From NCBI GenBank assembly GCA_026770705.1, contig JANJGN010000026.1, forward strand, positions 35,588,001 to 35,652,000: 64,000 nt of DNA, in the 5' to 3' direction. A program made the translations under genes and the position numbers. Under the pieces are notes generated by a model, which was given only the letters and a program-made list of their open reading frames with translations, was not told the origin of the DNA and did not search any database. The DNA comes from Isurus oxyrinchus (taxonomy: Eukaryota). Below are positions 26,222 to 39,394 of this stretch, in pieces. Every line of letters begins with the position of its first letter. The first letter of the stretch is position 1.

Positions 26222-26723
26222 TCTCTCAGCCCGCAGTAATACACCGCGCTGTCAGACAGCCGCAGGTCACGGATGGTGAAATTCCCCTCACTTTTGGAAG
26301 TGTCGAGAGATGCAGAAAATCGAGCCCCCACGCCCTCTGCTCTGAAAATATTTCCGTATTTCGGGATGTAGATCAAGAATGTAGGGGCCTTACCCCGGTC
26401 ATGACGGTACAGCTGTAAGTAAGGTGTATTAGCAGTGGTCGAATAGCTGTAATGAATGGTCACCGAGTCTCCTTCAAATTGCATCGCTGTATCTGGTTCC
26501 TGTGAGACCGAGTCTGCACCACTAACAACTGCAGCAATTAAAAATAAAGAGCTTTAAGGTTTATTACTTCAGCCCAGTTTATCATGTTGAGTGAGGGATT
26601 CTGAATAGAAATAAAGCTGAATTAAAACAATGATACCTGCAATAGGAAGATTGTGTAACGTGCGGACTTACCGGGTAAGAGAGCTGCAGCTGTGAGAAAA
26701 GAATAGTAGGTAAAACCCAACAT
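26222..26723 (-). CDS. TRAV/TRDV: TCR V segment with open frame, non-canonical (no Cys23, no Trp41); leader 26723-26672, V exon 26528-26222
   Basis: MLGFTYYSFLTAAALLP|VVSGADSVSQEPDTAMQFEGDSVTIHYSYSTTANTPYLQLYRHDRGKAPTFLIY...DLRLSDSAVYYCGLR. Splice sites are intact. Confidence 0.88.
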
Positions 26724-27276
26724 ATTTCCAGCGAGCTGATGGCGGATTGAAACAGAACGGGTTGAATCTGTCAATTCTTCAGTGAAGGCTTGGGAAAATT
26801 TTCATTTATATCCAGTCTCTTCAGCCATTGGTTAATTCCTGAAAGTCTCCACAAGTGACATCCAATCAGCCCCACGATATTTTGTTCTCCAACGGATTGC
26901 GTCAGCAAATAATGATGCAGCAAATCAGCGAAGCCGTTTTCGCCTCCAAGGGGGCTGAACCAAGGATTCAACTGAATGTTGGGTCTCCAGCAGAGTCAGT
27001 GTGTGACGTGGTGATAGTGAGCGAGAATAGTTAATGATGTCCTTAATGTTGTCCACCAATGCCGGAGGCTCGTATTAAAAGAGTTGCTCACTGACCGTAG
27101 GAACCGCGCACATCTGATATTAAGAGGAATACTAAACAGAATGACAATAATCGAGTCTGCAACAGAGACATGTGCCATTTCGCCAAACTAGTCTTTAGTT
27201 TGGTTTCTGTTCAGCTACCAGCTAACAATTCAGTTCCCAAAATTGATTCAGTGAGAGGAAGTGAGAGTCCTTTGCC

Positions 27277-27745
27277 GGTTTTTGTTCGGCCTGACAGCGC
27301 CTCTGTAACAGTGAGGCAGTGAGTGCACGGCAATGCACGGCAGTCAGGGACTAGAGATCAGGGAACTGTTGAGAGAGCATGTTTTCTTTTTCTTTATCCA
27401 AAACAGCGGAGAACCAGTCGAGGAAATCTAGAGCCCTCACCCCCTGACCCTTGCCGAATCTCTTCAGTAAACTTCGCGGATCTCCCCAGGGATATTGAAT
27501 GTACCAGTAGAGATAGGAGTAGCTACAGGACGTGGAGTTCCTGAACTTAATATCAGAGTCTGTGCTTCTTGAACCGTTAATTTAGGCGGTTCCTTAGGCA
27601 TTAAACCTCGGTCACTTGTTCCTGTAACAGAAAGTGTCAAAATTCTGCGAGTAAATATAACTATTGGAACACAAACTCGTCGTTTAAACATAGACTCACC
27701 AGGCAGCACGACTATTCTTAAAAGCAGGAGATATGGTTTAAACAA
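27277..27745 (-). pseudogene. TCR V pseudogene (family of the 12083 relic)
   Basis: 46-nt leader starting TTG (FKPYLLLLRIVVLP|gtgagt); EPPKLTVQEAQTLILS/..YSYLYWYIQYPWGDPRSLLKR..FSAVLDK. Perfect nonamer at 27285-27277, degenerate heptamer. Confidence 0.78.
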
Positions 27746-29199
27746 TGCTAGAGAATAACAGATTGTTCAGTATGTTGACTCTTCCGACCTGATATCAAAG
27801 AGTAAATTCAGAGAAGGTGTTTATTCCGCTCATTCTGAGAATGCGGGACTTTTCTCATTCATAGGATTGGCTAGTCTCTTAGAGCTGCCTACAAATGAAT
27901 GCCAACCGCTGCTAGTTGCTGGGCAATTATTGCTGCTTCTAGTCCAACCATTTTCTTGTTTAGCTGTGTGAGTGAGACTCTCTGACTGCCCGTTTGACTT
28001 TCCCTCTGTCTGTCTCTATCGATGGTTCGACATCAGTCCATCTCTTTAACTTTGCCTCTGTCTTTCTTTGACTTTATACTTGCAGCTCTCTCTCTCTCTC
28101 CCTTCCTTCCGCTCCACACGCCACCCACACCCCCCCCCCCACCCCACCACACACACACACACCCGGTCTCTCTCTTTGTCTCTCTACGGGCCTTCTGTTT
28201 GTCTCTACCGGTCTCCCGTTTTCTCTCACTCCCTGTCTCTGTGTTTCTGGTGTGCTGTCACTCACTTTGTCTCACCAGATTCCTTTCTCTTTCCTTCTCT
28301 CACGGTATATTTCTTCCAATGTTTCTCCTTTCATCTCCACCTCACTCAGTCTTTAAAACATCGACTGAATTCTTTACATCTCATCCAAAAATTCACTCGT
28401 ACAGAAACTGACTGTGACATTCATTCAGAAATCTGTAGGTCTCTGCTAACACTGCGGCTTGAAATAGCCGAATTTGACCGTTACGTAAAATGATTGAGAA
28501 ATTTCATTTTTCCTGAGACTGAAAGCAGTGATTACAGATGGAGAACCCCGTTCGGGTCAGGATGTATTTCCCCCTTTACTTTCTATGTAAATTCCCGGGC
28601 ACTCTTTTGATCCCACTCCTGGTTTTGGCTGGGACACTGAATCCCCGTTACTCATCTCCGATAATAAAGAGGCAGCACACGCTGGGTTTGGCGAAACAAC
28701 ACCCGGGGTGGAATTGGGAAATTTTAGAACGATGGGAGGATATTGTAGGAAGGTCCCAATATCACTGACCGGTGATGAGGAATTTGATTGAAGCCAGGCA
28801 AAGTTTCACCTCCATTGTTCCAGTCTGCACTCAAGAATCAAAACTTTTGATCGCTAGGGAATAGAAACTAAAACGTCGTGGAGATCCGAGCGGGTCAGCT
28901 GGGATGTCTGCCCCATTTGTATTTCTCTGAACAAGCACTTCCTGCAGCTGGGGTTCATGATCACCATCATTAACAAGTGATCAGAGAGCGCCCTCTGGTG
29001 GACAACACAAACCTCACCTGGAAATCTGCCCAGATGCAGACAGATAAACAGACATTTGCAGACAAGTGTACACAAGCAGATAGCCACAGTCGATCACCAC
29101 ACAAGAGGTTGTCATTTTTCTATTTTAGTCAAATTGCAGAAACCACTGAAGCGCAATTTGATTCACATCATCACTAGAGACCCATTCGTCATTTTTGAT

Positions 29200-30440
29200 C
29201 CACTGTAATCCAGAGACACAGAGTAATGCCTTGGGTTCGAATCCCGCCACGGCAGGTGTTGGAATTTTAATGCAATAAAAATCTGGAATTAAAAGTCTGA
29301 TGATGGCAATGAATCACTTGTTGATTGTTGTAATAACCCATCTGGTCCACTAAAGCCTTTTAGGTAAGGAAATTTGTCGTTCTTACCTGGTTTGGCCTAC
29401 ATGTGACTCCAGACCCACAGCCATGTGGTTGACTCAAATGCCCCCTGAGATGGCCGAGCAAGCCATTTAGTTATGAACAAGGTCACAAAGTCACAATAAA
29501 AGGAATGAAACCAGACGAACCTCCCAGCATCGACTTAAACACCGGAAACAACAACACAAACTCGGTCTTGTCAACGCTGCAAAATCCTCCTTATTGATAT
29601 ATCGGGTCCGTGCCAAAATTGGGAGAGCTGTCTCAAGGTCTTGTCAAGCATCACCTGACATAGGCTGATCATCCGCACCGAATCATACCTTGCAGATAAT
29701 GTCACAGACACCAAAATTACTGGCAGGGAAGGCCCAGCAGAGGTGGGGGCACAGTTGTATACAGTCGAGAGTTACCCTGGGAACTCTTAGCATTGACTCC
29801 GGGACACATGAAGTCTCGTGGCATCAGTTTAATCATGGGCCAAGGAAACATCCTGTTGATTACCATGTATCACTCTCCCTCAGCTGATGAATCAGTGCTC
29901 CTCCATGTTGAACACCACTTGGAGGAAGCACCGGAGAGTGGCAATGGCACAGAATGTACTCTGGGTGAAGTACTTCAATGTCCATCACCAAGAATGGCTC
30001 GGTAGCACTACTACTGAATGCGCTGGACGAGTCCTAAATGATGTAGCATCTAGACTGGGTCTGCGCAGGTGGTGAGGGAACCAACAGGAGGGAAAAACTT
30101 TCTTGACCTCATCCTCACCAATCTGCCTGCTGCAGATGCATGTGTCCATGACAGTATTGGTAAGAGTGACCACCTCACAGTCATTGTGGAGACGAAGTCC
30201 CGCCTTTACATTGAGGATACCATCCATCGTGTTGTGTAACACTACCACCGTGAACAGATCTTGCAACTCAAGACAGAGCATCCATGAGGCTAAGTGGGCT
30301 ATCAGCTGGAGCAGAATTGTACTCAAAAACAATTTGTAACCCCACGGCCCCGTATATCCCCCAATCTACCAGTATCATCAAGCCAGGGATCAACCCTGGT
30401 TCAATGAAGAGGGAGGACATACCAGGAGCAGCACCAGGCT
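29200..30440 (+). mobile_element. Non-LTR retrotransposon 5' region with an AP-endonuclease remnant
   Basis: Pieces 'LLITMYHSPSADESVLLHVEHHLEEA', 'NVLWVKYFNVHHQEWLGS', 'REPTGGKNFLDLILTNLP' and 'IGKSDH' match APE motifs. Confidence 0.75.
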
Positions 30441-30557
30441 GCCCTATGTAGATAGATAGATAGATAGATAGATCAGTTTATATTGCCTAAATCCACGGGC
30501 ACTTTATTTAATTCTGCTTCCAATATCATTAAGTTGATTTTATTGTTGTTTTGGCAG

Positions 30558-30772
30558 TTGCTCTTTGTCACTCGGATATATTTCAGATATCGATATAACG
30601 GAGGGCTTTCAGGCCAGAAATTTGGTTCTTGTACTGACCATTCCTCAGTCAAGCTCCCGAGTGTCTTACCTTCACATATAGAGACAAAAGAATTGAGGGA
30701 AGATTTAAAGTATCTGAGGACCGTGAGAAAGTCTCCACCACTCTCACTGTTAACACGGTTCAGCTGTCAGAC
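30558..30772 (+). pseudogene. TCR V relic running into an assembly gap
   Basis: ggcag| acceptor, then LY*PFLSQAPECLTFTYRDKRIEGRFKVSEDREKVSTTLTVNTVQLSD[N-gap], an FR2-FR3 pattern. Confidence 0.65.
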
Positions 30773-30945
30773 NNNNNNNNNNNNNNNNNNNNNNNNNNNN
30801 NNNNNNNNNNNNNNNNNNNNNNNNNNNNNNNNNNNNNNNNNNNNNNNNNNNNNNNNNNNNNNNNNNNNNNNNNNNNNNNNNNNNNNNNNNNNNNNNNNNN
30901 NNNNNNNNNNNNNNNNNNNNNNNNNNNNNNNNNNNNNNNNNNNNN
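30773..30945. other. Assembly gap (N run); further gaps at 31794-31976, 33717-33988 and 56698-56828
   Basis: Runs of n. Confidence 1.
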
Positions 30946-32509
30946 CATCGCCCTTCATTCATGGACTTGTTCAATTGTGATTTGTGTCCGCCTTTGATGA
31001 TTAGGGAAGTAGGAAGACTGATCCGTATTTACGAAATTTCAATCCAACCTTATAATAGTGGAATTATTAACATCAATGGAAATGAGCATGTACTGTGTCA
31101 AGCAATTGGACACACAAGAAGACTGAGCCAAATAATCTCACAATTTCTGCTAAAGACCAACGGCTGAAAATGGAAAATAATAAACAGGCAAGTTATGCTA
31201 GTAATAAAATAAAAGTAACAGCATTCATAATATTCTTGCGTAGTAATACTTCAGCAAAATCATGTAGCAATTCGAGTAGAAATTAAGAATCATTGTTTTC
31301 CGTAGGTTACCACTGGATGTCGCTACAGCACTTCAGCTTTGACTAAACCTTGCAGAACTGTCAGTTTGCTGGTGTCACAGCTCACAGATGGAGATTACAG
31401 GAAACAACCTTGTTCCGTGACACTTCACTTCATAAAATTCAGGGCAAGAGTTTGTACATAAGTTGCAGGTGTTGTGGCTAAGATGAAATAGGCAATGAAC
31501 TTTGGCCCAATGGCACCGGGTAGTCAGAAGAAAAAGGCGAGCAATTTCTTAATCTAAATTGTTGAAATATGTTGATCATTTTGTGGCATAATGAATTGTT
31601 ATTATTGACCACAAATCTATTATTGATCACAAGTGATTGTACATTGCCGCCTTCTTCTGTTTTAATAACATTTCCTGCATTACAATATCAAATGTATTTG
31701 AGATTTTCTTGAGACTTAGCACTTTCTGAGATCCGGAGGACTTAATGTTTGGGTGAAAAATTGGGGTGAATCTTTTAACAATCTCCGAGTGTGNNNNNNN
31801 NNNNNNNNNNNNNNNNNNNNNNNNNNNNNNNNNNNNNNNNNNNNNNNNNNNNNNNNNNNNNNNNNNNNNNNNNNNNNNNNNNNNNNNNNNNNNNNNNNNN
31901 NNNNNNNNNNNNNNNNNNNNNNNNNNNNNNNNNNNNNNNNNNNNNNNNNNNNNNNNNNNNNNNNNNNNNNNNNNNATGTGTTCCATTACGCATGTTTGAT
32001 TATTTTGTATGTAGAGTACATGTGTGTACAGAGTACGAAACACATCATCCTGAATGTTTGCAAAAGCATGTAACTTGTAGTATCACAGTGGGCCGTGCCT
32101 TATTTCATACTATGCATGGCAATGCCTTGGTTTACCATTCACACAATCCGTTTTCAATTATTATTGTACTTGAGTGTGTCTCTGTTTATATAATGCAAGT
32201 CCCTTTCTCAGTTTTCAGTGCATGATGTCCACTTTTATATTTGATTAGTTCCTATCTCTGTTATTGACTTATCAGATCTTGTCCCTATTACATTAAACCA
32301 CATCAGCTTTGATGAGATTAGATCTTATCCTGTCATTATGTCAGGACATATTTGGCTCATTTAATGTTGCGCTGGACAACTTTTTAGTTTCTATTACACT
32401 AGGTCTCTCCATGTCGCTGCTTACATTACACTAGACCTTGTCATTGTCATTCTGTGTTTCAAACCTCCCAAAGCCATCCATACTCACTCGCCAAGCATAT
32501 GAAAATACG

Positions 32510-33000
32510 ACCATGGGACTTAGGAGCAGGAGTAGGCCGTTCAGCCCTTGGAGATTAATCCACAATTCCATCCATTCCATAGCTGATCTGTTTGTGGCCT
32601 CAAAATCACTTTCCCATCTGCCCCTTTAGACATTAGTCTATCAAAAATCCGTCTAACCCATGGCATTAGCAGAACATAACTCCCCCTTGAATACATTAAT
32701 CGCTCAGCCTCCACAGCTTTCTTGAGAGGAGAATTTGACATATTAACGACCCTCTGAGAGAAGAACAAATCTCCTCATCTTAGTCTTAAAGGTAAGCCTT
32801 TTATTCCTAAACTCTTCCCCCTAGTTCTGGTCATTCCCACAAGTGTAAACATCCTCCCAGTATCCACCATGTAAAGGCGCACCACAGTCCCCCACAACCC
32901 CACACACCCACACGCCACTCCCACCCCCCACCACCCTCCGCCTCAGGACATTATAGCTTTCAATAAGTTCACCTCTCATTCTTCCAAAATCCAATGGCTA
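32510..33000 (-). mobile_element. CR1-type LINE 3' fragment
   Basis: 'FFSQRVVNMSNSPLKKAVEA' is a CR1 C-terminal motif and the typical 3' tail follows. Confidence 0.7.
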
Positions 33001-33469
33001 TTGATTCAAACTAGTCACGACTTCTTGATAAGTAAAGCCCCTAACCACAAATGGCGAAGAGCAGATGGATGCTTTTCAGTGATAAGAATGAGATTAGGGA
33101 CCTGCTGCTGCCCAAATCTGCTGCAGCGTTTCTCATAAAACAGTTTATTCACCGAGAAAGCTGGTGCGGGTGGCCTGAGGTCGCTAATAGTGCTGATTAT
33201 AACCAGAAAGCAAAGGAGAAGATCAGTTGGTCATGGCGTGTATGCTGGATCTCTGTTAGCAATAGTTACTTGTTCTTAACAAAATGTCGCCTTTGTCTTT
33301 ATTAAATCAACTTTTGAAATTCACAATTCAATGTGCGTCCAGCTCCCTTAAAGGCAGCAGAATCCAGATCACAATTCACTGCTTCATAAACCACTTCCCA
33401 TTCCATCAAATACTTTGTTTTAAATGTTAAGAGTAACTTTAGTGGAAATTGTGTCTGTGAAGTGGGAGG

Positions 33470-33716
33470 AAGAAAACAAGAAAGAGAGACTGAAAGAAAG
33501 AAAGAAAGAAAGAAAGAATGGCAGGAAGGAAGAAATATGGAAATAAAGGAAGGAAGAAGGGAAGGAATAAATATAGAAATAAAGGAAGGAAGAAGGGAAG
33601 GAAGAAATATAGAAATAAAGGAAGGAAGAAGGGAAGGAAGAAATAGAGAAATAAAGGAAGGAAGAAGGGAAGGAAGAAATAGAGAAATGAAGGAAGGAAG
33701 AAGGGAAGGAAGAAAT
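33470..33716. repeat. Purine-rich (AAAG/GAAG) compound repeat next to a gap
   Basis: Repeated agaaataaaggaaggaagaagggaaggaagaaat. Confidence 0.9.
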
Positions 33717-33999
33717 NNNNNNNNNNNNNNNNNNNNNNNNNNNNNNNNNNNNNNNNNNNNNNNNNNNNNNNNNNNNNNNNNNNNNNNNNNNNNNNNNNNN
33801 NNNNNNNNNNNNNNNNNNNNNNNNNNNNNNNNNNNNNNNNNNNNNNNNNNNNNNNNNNNNNNNNNNNNNNNNNNNNNNNNNNNNNNNNNNNNNNNNNNNN
33901 NNNNNNNNNNNNNNNNNNNNNNNNNNNNNNNNNNNNNNNNNNNNNNNNNNNNNNNNNNNNNNNNNNNNNNNNNNNNNNNNNNNNNNNNGGTTTCCCAAA

Positions 34000-34350
34000 G
34001 TGCTTTCCTGCCAATCAAGTCTTCCCCCAGTGTAATGTGGGAAACACGTCAGCAAATGCGCACAGAGCAAGATTCCACAAATGTAATTGGAGAAATAATC
34101 AGGTCGCTGTTTTCAATGGTGTTAAATGAGGGAAAATTATTGTAGGAAGCTGGGAAAAGCTCTTCCTGCTCCTTTTTGAAATTGGGGTACTGAGATTCCT
34201 TCTGAGAGGGCAGATACTCTCAGTGGTTTCGTATCTCAACCAGGAAGGCAGCAACTGCAATAGTTCAATATTCATTCAGGGCCACAGGGGCACTGCCGGC
34301 ACTGGAGTGTGGGCCTGACATTTCTCAAGTAAGAGAGTTACAGCCCAGGA
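34000..34350 (-). mobile_element. Probable DeuSINE/SacSINE1-like SINE (second copy at ~57760-58110)
   Basis: Recalled Deu-domain-like blocks (cctgctc.tt..gaaat, ctgagagggcaga) and a tRNA-like head on the minus strand. The family assignment is from memory. Confidence 0.4.
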
Positions 34351-34478
34351 CTTTCTGGTTCTGGAGATAGAGAGAGAGGAAGCGAGAGAGAGAACGAGAG
34401 GGAGAAAGAGAAAGAGTGAAAGAGAAAGAAAGAGAGAGAGAGTGCTGCTACATACTGAACCACTGTGTTGGAAGTGAA

Positions 34479-36901
34479 TTAGTATGAGGATGTTTTAAAG
34501 TGTTTCAACTGTTTGAAACAACCAGTGGCCTTGGTGAAAGGACACATCAGCACCTTCTTCAGCTCTTCCCAGAACTTGCTCTGGGCCACTAACTGGAGCA
34601 TATCGGTTGTCTCCTGAAGGATGTACCGCGGATCATTGAAATCCAGGCTGGTGATGTAGCGCTCACCTGTGATCCGAAAGTAGAGGAAATGTAAGAGATA
34701 GATGGCCCACAGGAGGAAGAAGCTGAGCGAGATGGCAAAAAGCAGGACAATGGACCTCTTGCCGTTGGTGAAGACGTGTCTCTATGACACTTGATGCCCA
34801 GGAGGCCTTTGCGGGTTCTGCTGGCCGCTAAGATGTGCCCAGTCAGGCCGTAGAGCAGCAGAATGAGGAGGAATGGGAGGAAAGGAGTTAAGATGGTTCA
34901 GCCAGTCATAGGCCTGCCAGATGGGCAAAGAGTAATAGGTGGACTAGAGGGCGCAGAACCAGGGCACCCCGTCTGGGATGTACAAGGGCTGGTAGCTGAA
35001 CTAGTATGGGATGTTCCTCACGCAGCTCAGGGCACTGACCAGTGCTATAACCGGCAACACTGTTTTCTCGGTGCAGTATCTGGCCTTCAGGGTCTGACAG
35101 CAGATGGCCATGAAACAGTTGATGGTGAAGGCCACAGTCAGCCAGGCTGAGCCATCCTGGGTGACATAGACCAGCAGATTGCTGAGTGTGCATGCAGGAG
35201 TGGTGGACAGGACACTATCCTGAAAGTAGATGCGGCAGATCCGGCTGAGGATGGCGGCAGTGATGATGACCAGGAGGTCACTCACTGCTACCGCCACCAG
35301 GTACGATCCCCAACAGGTTGGCTGTGAGAGATCAGGAGAGAGAGATGTTACTGTGCAGAATCCAAACACCAACACTCTCTCGTCCAATCAGTTACTGTAC
35401 CCCCACGGGCTGCCCCTCTGCCATTTCCGGACTGCAGCTGTTTCAAAGCCTTTGGTCAATGTTCGGTATCCAATGCTGCATGGAACTTGTCAATGCAGAC
35501 GGCATTTCAATCGGCCCCCGCCACAAATTCTGCTCTCTAGTCACTGAGTCGATCCCAAGGTCACGCAATCCAAATTAAGATCATCCGAAAAATGTGCTAC
35601 CGGTGGCCTAAGTCAAAGCAATGCCCGTGTTCCCATTAAGCCTATGCTCGCTGACAAAGATTAGCTATCAGGCGGCAATGTCTCAGTTTTCGTAATCTAT
35701 CCCTTCCATTTTTGGAACCCCTCTGTTTCCTCACCTCTCCCAATCCCTGTACAACTACAAGTATCTGAAATCTCAGTGAACGTCCTATCCTGTTCTCTCG
35801 TGTATCCCTGAAATTAACCTTCCCATTAGTAGCAGTTCTGCCTGGAGCTGCTGAGGCCATCATCTCTTTAATTCCCTCTCTCAACGGCTGCCTTTCTCAT
35901 TCCTTCTTTTGGACGTTCCTTACAACCAAAGTCTTTGGTCAAACTTTGGGTTAAATATCTCTTCCTGGCGTTCGGTATTACGTGTATTTTTTCAGGCTCC
36001 TGTGAAGCATCCCCACCATACGCACTGCAGTGACTGAAGAAACAAGCACAACTCCACCTTTCACGTGAGAAATAAAAATGAGCAATAAACGTTGAACTTG
36101 CTGGTTATACCCACACTCCGTGGATGACTAAAACATTTCATTATTCAAAATATGCAAAACCAGCTAACAAAAAGCAAAATACATAATAGGCCACCAATTT
36201 CTGACCTCCACTAACAACTTTCAAACGTTTCCATAATTAATTACTAAGGCTAGATTAGCAATCGGGATTGTCCAGTAAGCACTCACTGTACTGTAACTAT
36301 TATATTCTTTCACAGGTTGAAAAGTACATTAGTGTAATTACTAAACTTATGTTTAGACTGCAATTCATCTAATATAATGATTTCACTCTAATTCGTTTTC
36401 TGATGCTGTAGTAAGATACATGAAGGAAAATATGTTACTACATTGTGGTATGCTATTATTCCACACAACACTTAAAACACTAGATTGTAATTGACGACCT
36501 CAAAATAAGCGTTCAGCGATATAACAGGTTTATGTTCATGCAAAGCCACACATTATAATTCATTTTTCAGCAATCCAGTAAACAGTATTCCTACAAAATC
36601 AATTGAATTGTACCTTGTAATGCTGCACAATGCAAGTACAACGTATGCTCTATAATTCGCCATAACACAGTTTAATCCCATATAAGGCATCGGAACCTGG
36701 TTGAGAACCTTGACACTCTGATAGCACTGAATATTAGAGAAAAAAATGATCCCAACCCTGAAAGGGACGAGACAAACTTTCTGTGGATTTGTAAAAAAAT
36801 CATAAATAACTTATTTGTGATCCAGCACTTACCAGAGGCACCAATAACAGCGAGAATGGGATAGCAAATGCCAAAGAAGAGGCTTTTACTGGCCCGTGCA
36901 T
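34479..36901 (-). pseudogene. Two-exon GPR139/GPR142-like class A GPCR pseudogene (exon 1 36901-36833, exon 2 35321-34479)
   Basis: MHGPVK/..ICYPILAVIGAS|ANLLGIV(del)YLVAVAVSDLLVII...SAWLTVAFTINCFMAICCQTLKARYCTEK...PWFC...DPRYILQETTDML...AQSKFWEELKKV. Frameshifts, stops and deletions are present. Confidence 0.85.
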
Positions 36902-37589
36902 CGTCTCTCAGAAAAGAAAGTGATTCCCGAAACTGTGCACTTTAGTTCTGCGACGCATTCAAAGCCTCCTTCACTTATTCTGAATGAAGTCTCCAGAGGG
37001 ACAATTAAGTTACAACATACATCTTAGTTGCAGTTCAGTAAACAAACAGATCAGCCCACGGTTTTATGCCTCCCATTCGTAACATTGGCAAGGTGCATGA
37101 TGCCATTATACAAGTGGGTGAATTGTTGGCTGCAAATTCTGCGGTGCCCCCTCTCCACAAACCAGGCCTTTGCGTCTACATCAAGTGGAGCTCCTGATGG
37201 AACGTACTGACTTGGTCCTATCTTCCAGCAAAACACTTTTCTTCCGATGATTGCCACTATGCTGGGCGGGGCTTGAGTGTGATGATTCACCCCTCTATCA
37301 CTGTCTCACACCACTTTCTCAAACTATAATACTCGTGACATGCAAGGCAACTGTTGAAAGCTTTCCATATTGCAAAAACAGAAAGAGAATTAATGTATGA
37401 GAATGCACCAGAGGAAGTGGGAGATTAAAGATAAAGACTGACATAGGGAAAGAAGAAAAACGAAAGGAAAGAGTGCAAATATAGAGTATAAGTGAACGAA
37501 AGAACGAATGACAGAAATTAAGCAAGATAACGCCTGGTGTTTGTCATTATGTGCCTGCTGTTTCTCACATTACGACACATTAATTCTCG

Positions 37590-38100
37590 GATGACTGGCA
37601 TTCAGTGCAGATTTCCCGTTCCCACTAATAAGGTGATAGTGAGCAGCCTTCATGAATCACTGCAGTCCGCATGCCAAAGGTGTAGCCACAGTGTCTTTAG
37701 CACGGGTGTTGCAAAATTAGACCCCAGGGTCAATGGAAGACCTGCAACATATTTACAAGTTGGAATAGGATAAGGTTTGGAGGGGATAGCGGCTGTTAAC
37801 CCTGGCACCCGCTGCCCTTCTGAGTGATTGAGATCATTGGTTTGAAAGATACTTTCAAAGAAGGCTTGGTGTGTTCCTGCAGCCCATCCTCTGGACTCCA
37901 CATACTCAAGCCACGCTTGGGAGTTTGGAGGTGAGCCAGTCGACGCAGAACATCGAGCTGTGGCGTGCGATTGTGGGAGGCTCAATTCAGGTTGTTAACG
38001 GTGGAGAATTCACAGTAGGTCATACCATTGAATGCAATGTGGAGATGGTAGTGTTGCCACTAATTCAAGTAATCAATGTCACCTCAGATGATTGTGTTTT
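37590..38100 (-). mobile_element. Non-LTR retrotransposon 3' fragment (same family as 22887-23222)
   Basis: Colinear similarity to 22887-23222. Confidence 0.55.
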
Positions 38101-38632
38101 AGCAGATTGCTAATAAATGGGGCCGTTCGATGTGTCAGGTAAATGGAATTCTTTTCTCGGACCAGAGTCTGGAGAAATGAGACAGGAGAACGTACTGAAT
38201 TATACTTACTGCTCCCGATTAGCTATTAGATTACTATAAGAATTAAGTTCATACTGGCCTGGACCCTCCATTTTTTATCACTGCACGGTTAAAACCATTC
38301 TTCTGTTTATATTTCACGAGACTCTGTCTCACTTACTGGTGCACAAGGCCAGCTCCTCTTGTAATACGTGTTTCCCAGTCGCTGTTATTTGTGCGTTTCT
38401 CTCTATATAACACGGGCCTCTTTCTCAGTTTAAAAAACACGAGGCACGGCTTCCGTTATTACTGCAGTGGATGAATCATTTGTTTATATCACAGAAGAGC
38501 TGGCCTCAATCATTCCAGCATTGAACTCGTTTCGCTTTCGGTGGCACCAGATCCTGCCTGAGTTATTTCTGCTGCAGAATATCTTTCTGTTTAGATCATT
38601 GACAAATTTGTCTTTAATTGTGCCATAAAATT

Positions 38633-38721
38633 CGATTCTGGTGGGATTCGAATCGAACTCACAGGTGTCTTTAGTGGTAGAGGCTAGAAGTCCGACACTC
38701 TGCCCGTTGTGCCACAGAGCG
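38633..38721 (-). tRNA. tRNA-Arg(TCT)-derived pseudogene, intron-containing type
   Basis: Minus strand GCTCTGTGGCACAACGGGCAGAGTGTCGGACTTCTAG...GTTCGAATCCCACCAGAATCG, then TTTT. It follows the vertebrate Arg-TCT pattern GGCTCTGTGGCGCAATGG...GGACTTCTA[intron]...GTTCGAATCCCACCAGAGTCG with several mismatches. Confidence 0.72.
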
Positions 38722-39394
38722 GATAGTAGTAAGGAGTGATCGCTGATTGTATAAGAATATCCTTTTTCTTTAGAATATTTTTATATTACATTGGGCCCTG
38801 CGCCAGATTTACTGCGAAATGACATGTAATTATTTATATTTCGTCAGGTACTGTGTGGAGATTAATATTACACTAGACCCTGTGTCTGCTTATATTACAC
38901 CAGATCATCCCCCTCGAACACACGAGTGTCTGTCTAGTGCAATGGAAATATGTGTAAAAAGGGAAATTCGGTCTCTTGGCGAAGAAGGTCGCCATCTTGC
39001 AATTGTGCACTGAAAATATGTCAAATGCGATCCGTTTCGATGCGCTTAGCGTTCATTGTAGCATGTTTTAATACGGCATCAGAAGGACTCAAGTGAATCG
39101 TCGCCACAAGAAACTTAAACATAATTGTTCATCCCACTTCACTAGCAGAGACATATTGGTTTCTTTATTCATTGCCGGTTTCTTGTTAAATAAATTTACA
39201 ATTTCCCATTGAAAACTTCTCAGAATTTTTAAGAGTAATATTGGCTCTACCGCACTTAATTCCGCTTGATCTCTTACCTCTTTGTTTGCTCTGAGACACC
39301 CCGCTGAGTGAAATTCACTCCCTCTCTCTCTTCTCTGTCCTTTCTCTACTTCATTCTCTCTGCAAGTAAATTTCACTCTACATTGTCAAGGAGA

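Noticed and set aside
28500-28830. Possible very old V relic near the CTCF site at 28986
   Set aside because: No convincing Cys/Trp/YYC motifs or RSS.
33302-34145. Long ORFs across the purine repeat and N gap (also 30483-32225 and 56408-56956)
   Set aside because: Artefacts of N runs and simple repeats.
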